From assembly GCF_006345805.1 (NCBI RefSeq), contig NC_043012.1, positions 32,364,001-32,428,000 of the forward strand: a stretch of 64,000 nt of DNA, written 5' to 3'. Made by a program: the position numbers and the translations under genes. The stretch is from Octopus sinensis. Lineage: Eukaryota. Positions 38,808 to 50,300 of this stretch are shown here, piece after piece. Below the pieces are notes generated by a model that saw only the letters and a list, made by a program, of their open reading frames with translations, did not search any database and had not been told where the DNA came from. Every line of letters starts with the position of its first letter. Position 1 is the stretch's first letter.

Positions 38808-41800
38808 CACTATGATGACCGTGACCGCCCAGGCTATCAGATGTTGCTACACATCGCTGGTCACAATGCACTTTGCATTGTTTTAGCCTTCAAATGTTGC
38901 CGCCCTGCTGGCTAAGTGAGCAGGCCAACAGAAGAAAGCGAGAGAAATTTGTGGCGAAAGAGTACAGCAGGGATTGCCACCCCCACACCCCCCCTGCCGG
39001 AGCCTCGTGGAGCTTTAGGTGTTTTCGCACAATAAACACTCACAACGCCCAGTCCGGGAATTGAAGTCGAGATCCTACAACCGCGAGTCCGCTGCCCTAA
39101 CCACTGGGCCATTGCGCCTCCACATTATATATATATATATATATACTACAAAATTAGAGAATGGAGAAACATACTTAAATCAATAAAACATCAACTATCC
39201 GATGATACCCAATCAATACTTTAATACACCATTACATATGAGTAAAGGCATTATATAAAATGAGATATACAGTAATAGTAAAAAGATAAAGAGATATAAG
39301 TAAAAAATTTTTTCAAATATAATATGCAATTAAATCAAAACTGACAGCTGTTTCGGCAGTGAGGGCAGTCATACCTCATTTAACCTCTTAGCCATAAAGG
39401 CAGGTATAAATGAGCATTAACAAGGATGCCCCACGGCCTCTTCAGAGAATTAAATTAAATTTGTTATAATTGTGAAAAATATAATATAACCATATACATA
39501 TAAATATAAAAATATAAAAATGTAAAATATAAAAAAATAAAAAACTTATACATCATAATGCTACACTTATATAATATAATACCTATTGGTACAATAAAGG
39601 AAGGTAAACAGAACAAAATAAAACAAAATATATATCAGTGTATATACTAATATTAATAAGTACCGATATTATACATATTTGGCTAATAGTTTTTTTTAAA
39701 AAAAATAACACATAGGGAGATGAAAAATAATAATTAAAACCATGGTTCAGTTCATAAAATTCTAAAGCTATGAAAGTTAATAAAAATTACTATTAATATT
39801 AATAATAATAATAATAATAAAAAAATAATAATAATAATAATAGATACAGTTAAGTTAGCACCAAGTCCATCCTTTCAAGATCGAAATAACTATGAGTTTT
39901 AGAAATGCTGATCACTAGGTAAAGAAAATTTAGATTAATTCGATTGGCTATTGGTTTGAAATTTAAATCACAAAAGAAAATTATACGGTTGGTTAGTCAC
40001 GGAACGCCAATATTCACACACGCATCTACAGATCAATCGCACATACACACATAGTTATATGTATATACATACACTTATACACATACATAATCACAAGCAA
40101 CAATAGCACATAGATAAACAAAAAGGGAAGCAGCTATGCTACCATTTAGTCCTTCAAAAATATAACTGTGCTTCAAATAACGAAAAAAGAACCACCCATG
40201 CATTTCATAAAATATTTAATTTAGATATAAATATATTTTTAAATATCAATATGTTACTAAGTCAGAAAATTATTTCATGGGTAACTTAAAATTTATAACA
40301 CCGGTTTGTTGCATAGTAAACATACGGTTGTTAGATTTATCGTAAGTTTGTTATGATTCCAAGTACGCTAAATTATAAAATATAAAATATATATTAATTT
40401 ATATATTATAAATAAATCACTTATTTACTTAATAAATTTAATGCCATAATATACCAGTTTAGGCATTAAAAAATAGAAGGGGAAGTACTAATGTAAACGC
40501 TTATGAGAACATCACAGAAATTTTATAAAAATTATATTATAAATACTTAAGGTAAAATGTGAAAAGATAAATAAGAAGGAATAAGAACTAAGGAATAAAT
40601 ACGGTTATACACATATAAGTACAAACCAGTATATATGTATTCATATATTATTAAAATTAAATAAAAATAAATGATAGATATGTATGTATAAAACTACCCT
40701 AGTATAAGTAAATAAGTAAAAAATAAATAGATAACAAATTAGATGACTTGATATGTATGTAAACATCTACACTTAAATAGGCAAATAAATAAATAATTAG
40801 AAGACTAAATGCAGAGATTGATAACATTACAATAAAATAAAATAAAATAAAAATAAAAAATAAATAAAGTGAATATATGTTATATTGTTGAAAGTAAATA
40901 TGTATGGAAGGATAATTTAAAGTACAGATCCAGAGGACTATAGATATAAACTAAATATATAAGGCTGGTAATATTTATAAAGCCAAATGTATGTAAATGA
41001 GAAAATGAAAAAAATGAAAAACATGAAAAAGGTTTATTAGTGAGTAGCATAAGATACAAATTAAGGTGAGTACAAAGAAAGACCAAATATACAATAAAAA
41101 CCTTCCAAAAAACACATACAAAAAACCTATATTCTCTACCTAAACACACCAAACTTATAAAAGGCTCTCATATATTACATATTATACAATATCCTTACAT
41201 TATCTAGAGCTAGGTATCTAACCAAGATATACATATATACTATGCAATATACTATGCAATATTAGAAAACTTCAAAAATCACATATTACAAGGCAAATAC
41301 CAAAGTGAATATGTTATATCGTGTCATATTGCATTTCCCTTAAAAAACAAACAAAAACCCACATACAAAAAACAAGAAACAAATAATACTAGACACATCT
41401 ATTATTTTATATACAATGTAGCTATAAAAATTATAAAATTATAAATTTATAATTTGTATACTTAAGAATTATAGAAGACCACAGGTATAGTTAGTTAAAG
41501 AAGGGAGTTAAAAAATTAATAATAGTGGAAGTGCTAAGTTCTATTTGAATCTAGAAAAGGTGAACGGTAGCCTATGAATGCAAAAGAAGTTTTTTTCATT
41601 AATGTTGTTAATAATTTGCCGACCCGCTTTAATAATGAAAAAAATTTCATTAATACATAGAGAGCATTTTTTATTTTTTCCATTATACACAGGTGCTGAA
41701 GTTAGTATTTTCCAGTTTAATCTAAAATCTAAGTTCTTACTTTTAAGTTCCCAAAGTAAGCACTTAGCCCTGTAGAGTACATTCTATTTTTATTTCTAAA

Positions 41801-44800
41801 AGTATATCTGTGATAATTCAATCTTGTTTTATGCTATTCATAGTTGCCCCGATATACACCCTACTACTCAATTGTGTATCTACAGTGCATTGGTAAACTA
41901 CCTCCTTCCTGAGGCATTGATTACCAATACACATTTATTTTTGTTTCTGCAATTACAAAGATTAACAGAATGAGGAAATCTAAGATTGGTCTCCACCCCT
42001 ATACTACCATTCACATTATAAGTGTTACAATTGTTATCATCATCCAAACCCAAAATCAACGAATGAGTTAATTTCACATTATCGGCTATATTCCTTCACT
42101 AGTACTAGTATTGGTAGTAGTAGTATGATCTATTACATTTATATTATCTCTGACAGGTACGGTGCACTCATTATTAGTAAGGGGGTTGTTCACATTCGTT
42201 CTAAGAAAGGTACTGTTCCTATTATTATTAGAGGGGCACATTTCCCTGGTCTAAATTCAATTTTCTATCCTTATAGAAGTGATCCAGTTCCTGTTATTAA
42301 AAGAGGAGATAATGGTGGCTAGATTATGGGTAATGCTATATCCCACTCTAACAGTACTGTTGTTAATTAAAGAACTAAATTTATTCTTATCCTTACCAAA
42401 ATGCCTAAATATAACATTACAGAGATGACGCCTTATTTTGTGTTAAGAATACATCAAATAGGAGATTAGATCTTCTGAAAAAAAGAATAAATAAATTTTT
42501 TAAAAGTTTCGGCCTATCCATTATCATTGAAAGTGAAAATTATTCTGCTAATTATTTAGATGTTAATTGTAACATTACTAATGGTTTACATAAACCCTAT
42601 ATTAAACCTAATTCTAACCTAATATATATTAACCGTTCAAGTAATCACCCCCCTCAAATTAAAAATGCACTAGTGCGTAGCATTAGTCAGAGAATTTCTA
42701 GTTTATCCTCTAACGAGGAAATTTTAACAAGCATTGTGATAGATACAATGCAGCATTGCTTAAGGCAGGATACAAAAGTAAGATATGGTTTATACCTAAG
42801 GGGAACCCTCCTAATGGAGGTAGAACTATCAGGAACAACACCAATAGATTTAGGATAAGCAACAATATACATATGAATAGTAAAAATGGAATATATGATA
42901 ACACCTATAATAAATGTAGAAGTGATGTTAACCTCGGAAAGGTGAACGGTAGCTCAAATAGATCTGAGCATACGGGTAATAGTAGTAATATTAATAATAA
43001 TATACTAATTAAAACTTATGGTAGACATGATAATGGTAAAGTTTACTTGCGCAATAACCATGGGAATATTGATATAGTTAGATATAACAATGACAGTGGT
43101 AAGAATAGTAATCCTATGGGTTGGTCTAGGAATAGGATTTTTACAAATAACAATAATTCTATAGGCAATCCTATTTCTGATAAGGATACACTATGGTTGA
43201 TTATCCCATATGCAATGCAGATTAAAACAAACATAGTGAGAGCTTTGCATAATGTTATATTTAGGCATTTTGGTAAGGATAAGAATAAATTTAGTCCTTT
43301 AATTAACAACAGTACTGTTAGAGTGGGATATAGCATTACCCATAATCTAGCCACCATTATCTCCTCTTTTAATAACAGGAAACTGGATCACTTCTATAAG
43401 GATAGAAAATTGAATTTAGACCAGGGAAATGTGCCCCTCTTTAATAATAATAGGAACAGTAACTTTCTTAGAACGAATGTGAACAACCCCCTTACTAATA
43501 ATGAGTGCACCGTACCTGTCAGAGATAATATAAATGTAATAGATCATACTACTACTACCAATACTAGTACTAGTGATAGGAATATAGCCGATAATGTGAA
43601 ATTAACTCATTCGTTGATTTTGGGTTTGGATGATGATAACAATTGTAACACTTATAATGTGAATGGTAGTATAGGGGTGGAGACCAATCTTAGATTTCCT
43701 CATTCTGTTAATCTTTGTAATTGCAGAAACAAAAATAAATGTGTATTGGTAATCAATGCCTCAGGAAGGAGGTAGTTTACCAATGCACTGTAGATACACA
43801 ATTGAGTAGTAGGGTGTATATCGGGGCAACTATGAATAGCATAAAACAAAGATTGAATTATCACAGATATACTTTTAGAAATAAAAATAGAATGTACTCT
43901 ACAGGGCTAAGTGCTTACATTTGGGAACTTAAAAGTAAGAACTTAGATTTTAGATTAAACTGGAAAATACTAACTTCAGCACCTGTGTATAATGGAAAAA
44001 ATAAAAAATGCTCTCTATGTATTAATGAAATTTTTTTCATTATTAAAGCGGGTCGGCAATTATTAACAACATTAATGAAAAAAAACTTCTTTTGCATTCA
44101 TAGGCTACCGTTCACCTTTTCTAGATTCAAATAGAACTTAGCACTTCCACTATTATTAATTTTTTAACTCCCTTCTTTAACTAACTATACCTGTGGTCTT
44201 CTATAATTCTTAAGTATACAATTATAAATTTATAATTTTATAATTTTTATAGCTACATTTGTATAATAATAATAGATGTGTCTAGTATTATTTGTTTCTT
44301 GTTTTTTGTATGTGGGTTTTTGTTTGTTTTTTAAGGGAAATGCAATATGACACGATATAACATATTCACTTTGGTATTTGCCTTGTAATATGTGATTTTT
44401 GAAGTTTTCTAATATTGCATAGTATATTGCATAGTATATATGTATATCTTGGTTAGATACCTAGCTCTAGATAATGTAAGGATATTGTATAATATGTAAT
44501 ATATGAGAGCCTTTTATAAGTTTGGTGTGTTTAGGTAGAGAATATAGGTTTTTTGTATGTGTTTTTTGGAAGGTTTTTATTGTATATTTGGTCTTTCTTT
44601 GTACTCACCTTAATTTGTATCTTATGCTACTCACTAATAAACCTTTTTCATGTTTTTCATTTTTTTCATTTTCTCATTTACATACATTTGGCTTTATAAA
44701 TATTACCAGCCTTATATATTTAGTTTATATCTATAGTCCTCTGGATCTGTACTTTAAATTATCCTTCCATACATATTTACTTTCAACAATATAACATATA

Positions 44801-46703
44801 TTCACTTTATTTATTTTTTATTTTATTTTATTTTTATTTTATTGTAATGTTATCAATCTCTGCATTTAGTCTTCTAATTATTTATTTATTTGCCTATTTA
44901 AGTGTAGATGTTTACATACATATCAAGTCATCTAATTTGTTATCTATTTATTTTTTACTTATTTACTTATACTAGGGTAGTTTTATACATACATATCTAT
45001 CATTTATTTTTATTTAATTTTAATAATATATGAATACATATATACTGGTTTGTACTTATATGTGTATAACCGTATTTATTCCTTAGTTTTTATTCCTTCT
45101 TATTTATCTTTTCACATTTTACCTTAAGTATTTATAATATAAATTTTTAAAAATTTCTGTGATGTTCTCATAAGCGTTTACATTAGTACTTCCCCTTCTA
45201 TTTTTTAATGCCTAAACTGGTATATTATGGCATTAAATTTATTAAGTAAATAAGTGATTTATTTATAATATATAAATTAATATATATTTTATATTTTATA
45301 ATTTAGCGTACTTGGAATCATAACAAACTTACGATAAATCTAACAACCGTATGTTTACTATGCAACAAACCGGTGTTATAAATTTTAAGTTACCCATGAA
45401 ATAATTTTCTGACTTAGTAACATATTGATATTTAAAAATATATTTATATCTAAATTAAATATTTTATGAAATGCATGGGTGGTTCTTTTTTCGTTATTTG
45501 AAGCACAGTTATAATTTTGAAGGACTAAATGGTAGCATAGCTGCTTCCCTTTTTGTTTATCTATGTGCTAGTTGTTGCTTGTGATTATGTATGTGTATAA
45601 GTGTATGTATATACATACAACTATGTGTGTATGTGCGATTGATCTGTAGATGCGTGTATGAATATTGGCGTTCCGTGACTAACCAACCGTATAATTTTCT
45701 TTTGTGATTTAAATTTCAAACCAATAGCCAATCGAATTAATCTAAATTTTCTTTACCTAGTGATCAGCATTTCTAAAACTCATAGTTATTTCGATCTTGA
45801 AAGGATGGACTTGGTGCTAACTTAACTGTATCTATTATTATTATTATTATTTTTTTATTATTATTATTATTATTAATATTAATAGTAATTTTTATTAACT
45901 TTCATAGCTTTAGAATTTTATGAACTGAACCATGGTTTTAATTATTATTTTTCATCTCCCTATGTGTTAGTTTTTTTTAAAAAAAAACTATTAGCCAAAT
46001 ATGTATAATATCGGTACTTATTAATATTAGTATATACACTGATATATATTTTGTTTTATTTTGTTCTGTTTACCTTCCTTTATTGTACCAATAAGTATTA
46101 TATTATATAAGTGTAGCATTATGATGTATAAGTTTTTATATTTTTTATATTTTACATTTTTATATTTTTATATTTATATGTATATGGTTATATTATATTT
46201 TTCACAATTATAACAAATTTAATTTAATTCTCTGAAGAGGCCGTGGGGCATCCTTGTTAATGCCTCATTTATACCTGCCTTTATGGCTAGAGGTTAAATG
46301 AGGTATGACTGCCCTCACTGCCGAAACAGCTGTCAGTTTTGATTTAATTGCATATTATATTTGAAAAATTTTTTACTTATATCTCTTTATCTTTTTACTA
46401 TTACTGTATATCTCATTTTATATAATGCCTTTACTCATATGTAATGGTGTATTAAAGTATTGATTGGGTATCATCGGATAGTTGATGTTTTATTGATTTA
46501 AGTATGTTTCTCCATTCTCTAATTTTGTAGTATTAATTTACGGTAATATTATTACCTTTACCCATATAATACAATAGATGAACTGATTGTTTGACAATTT
46601 TTAACATCTATGTATTAATCTTGTTGGGTACCTATCTGGCAGTATATTGGATATATATTATCCCATGGTGGGTTGAATTTTCAACCCCTATCTCATTTTA
46701 TAA

Positions 46704-46772
<69 letters not shown>

Positions 46773-47366
46773 GCTGGTGCAGAATTGTAATGAAAATACA
46801 TATTGAGAACTTCCATATGGTGCTCTTAAACATTGTAGCCAAATACCAGAAATCCAAAAAAATCAGAACTACAAAAAAATTGTTCTCATGGGTACTGCCT
46901 ACATCCTAAGAAAAACATTGTCAATCTGAAAATATCTCTTAAAACTCTTTCAAAACTCAAGTATTACAAATTTAACAGAATCTTAGTTCTCAGATTCTGG
47001 ACTCCTTCTCCTTCATATATTATTGACTGTCATACGTAACAAGGAATAGTAAACATCCATTTGCTGTTACAGGAGTCTCTGGGTGAAACGTGGAACAGCT
47101 TGTATAAAACAAAGTAACAACAATGTAAATAAATAAATAATAATAATAACAACAACAACTGTAGGTTAGTGGCTGAATATAGCTGAAGTGGCAAAAGAAA
47201 ATTATGACTGGCAGAGAAAATGATTTAAGAATGTCCTCAGCAGTCACGCCCCATGTTTCACTGCCATGTAGCATGACTGTTCGTACGCATGCGTCGTACA
47301 GTCTACCTTTTTACTCTGTTTGAATTACATAATAGTGGTTTTTCTCTCTATATATATATATAATAT

Positions 47367-47399
<33 letters not shown>

Positions 47400-50300
47400 T
47401 CGCTGGTGCAGAATTGTAATGAAAATACATATTGAGAACTTCCATATGGTGCTCTTAAACATTGTAGCCAAATACCAAGAAATCCAAAAAAATCAGAACT
47501 ACAAAAAAATTGTTCTCATGGGTACTGCCTACATCCTAAGAAAAACATTGTCAATCTGAAAATATCTCTTAAAACTCTTTCAAAACTCAAGTATTACAAA
47601 TTTAACAGAATCTTAGTTCTCAGATTCTGGACTCCTTCTCCTTCAATATATTATTGACTGTCATACGTAACAAGGAATAGTAAACATCCATTTGCTGTTA
47701 CAGGAGTCTCTGGGTGAAACGTGGAACAGCTTGTATAAAACAAAGTAACAACAATGTAAATAAATAAATAATAATAATAACAACAACAACTGTAGGTTAG
47801 TGGCTGAATATAGCTGAAGTGGCAAAAGAAAATTATGACTGGCAGAGAAAATGATTTAAGAATGTCCTCAGCAGTCACGCCCCATGTTTCACTGCCATGT
47901 AGCATGACTGTTCGTACGCATGCGTCGTACAGTCTACCTTTTTACTCTGTTTGAATTACATAATAGTGGTTTTTCTCTCTCTATATATATATATAGAGTG
48001 TGAAATTTGATTTAATACTAAATTGAATTTTTCCCTGTAAGTTTGGAGTTATACTCTCTAATATTATTATTATTATATATACATATATATATATGTATGT
48101 GTGTGTGTATGTATGTATATATATATATACACACACACACATATGTATGTATGTATACGCACACACATATGAAATTAAAGTTTAGAATGACCCAATGTCT
48201 GTATATAATCTGTATACATATAATTATAGATTGACTCAATTGAAAGCATTGAAATGGAAATTACTGATCAAAAGGAAACATAAGAACAGATTAGAAAAAA
48301 AAATGGTAGGAATCGTATGCTTACAGGTGAAGTTGAACCCAAGGCAAAGCAAGCAAGAGTACTGGCACTGGACAGATCAATAAGGAGAATCAAACAGGGA
48401 AATGCCTCACTGTAAAAGAAAGAAACATATTTTATACAAATTATATAAAGTGAATAAATGAAAAACAAACATACCAATCACATTTAAAGCAGCCATAAAA
48501 ATTGTATGGAATTCTGCTCATTAATTTATCCAGAAAAATTGCTGTTTTGTAGCTTTGTCAGAACCAAGAGCCACTCTCTTAGACAATATCTTTAAGAAGT
48601 GGCACGTAAAAGCACCCACTACACTCTCGGAGTGGTTGGCGTTAGGAAGGGCATATATGGAGCATATAGAGCCATCTCAGAAATGTTGGGTATGAGCAGT
48701 AAATGGCAGTTTATAGTGATTCATTTACTGTGAAGAGGGTATACATTAGTATATTTTCATAGCTACTGTTATTGTATTACTCTGGCAATCAACTGATCCA
48801 TTTCACCAGATATGCCACACCTCAGCTTAACTAAAGAGTATACAGTATGTCTCTAACACAGAGGCTTTACTAAACAGACTGTAGAGTTGCAATGTGGGTA
48901 AGTTGCATTCCTTGTCTTACCTGGCTGTGGATTTGGTGGTAGCCACCATAAACATGGGTAAAGTAAACTAAAAAAACAAGGTAGTTGCTGCTCTTATCAA
49001 GCCATATATCAGTTTACCAGTCTTGTTTCTATAACTGTGTTGGTATGAGTGAGAGAGAAGCTTGAAAGGCTTGGCTAGAACAAGTGCTAATTTGGGCAAT
49101 ATATTGTCTCAGGATAATGTTTAGATTCTATTTAAATCCTATTTTTCAAGGAGCAGACAAAATACTTAAATTGGTGGCAAAGAGACTGAGTTAATTTATT
49201 AGTAAGAAGAGTATATAATTTGAATTTAAGCATGTGGTTGTATGTAGTAAAAATTAGAAAATACAAAATGTGAAACTAAAATAATCATAAATCTTAAACA
49301 GTAGATAAAACTTTACAATTTCAAAAAATTGTTGCTTAAGGTCTTCACTTCCAAACTTCAAAACCATAACTTTTACACACACACACAACCAAGCAGTGCT
49401 AAGTACTATTTGTGAAATATATTTATAAAACTGATCAACTAAAGGTGATGTGTTTTAAGAAGTTTGCTTCCCAACCACATGGTTCTGGGTTCAGTCCCAC
49501 TACAAGGCACCTAGGGCAAGTGTCTTCTATTATAGCTTCAGACTGACTAAAGCCTTGTGAGTAGATTTGATAGACAGAAGCTGAAAAAAGTCCATTGTGT
49601 GTGTGTTTACATCCCTGTAACTTAGCAGATTGGCAAATGAGACCGTTAGAATAAGTACTGAGCTTTACAAAAAAAAACTAATTACTGGGATTGGTAAGTT
49701 CAACTAAAATTCTTCAAGGAAGTGCCCCAGCATGACTAGAACAAATAAAAGATAAAGGGCAAATCATAACTTTAAGTGCAACTTTTTTCCAAAATTAACA
49801 AAAATAACGGAAACAGTAGAAGGAAATGGGGGGGGGAGAAAGAAAACTCTAAATTCCTTTCAATGAGAATATTCTATCAAGACATCAGAAATTTGACTGT
49901 TATAAAAAGACATTGGATTCAACAGACATTTCTTCTATTTACAGTGAGAAGGCTCATCAGAATTATTTCTTTACCTTAACCCTTTTGTTACTGTATTATT
50001 TTGAGATACTCTGTGTTTCTTTCAATTACTTTAAATATAACAAAGAATTTAGTAAAATAACTTAGTTATCATTAAGCTGATGTTAGGAACATAAATTTTA
50101 CCACAGAGCCAGAGCCAGTTTTGGCCGGATTAGTAACAAAAGGGTTAAGTGAGTTATATAAAAATGTATTTGAAAGGAAATGGTTCATGCCAGTTTTCCA
50201 TCTGTTTAATGTGTATTGAACGTGATAGGATCTGTATTTTTATTGAATAAAACAATATCAGCAACATGTTTAACCCTTTTGATACCAACCTACCTGAGAT

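Noticed and set aside
42756-44134. 339-aa and 131-aa ORFs as a host gene
   Set aside because: They are the frameshift-split Penelope RT linker and GIY-YIG endonuclease.
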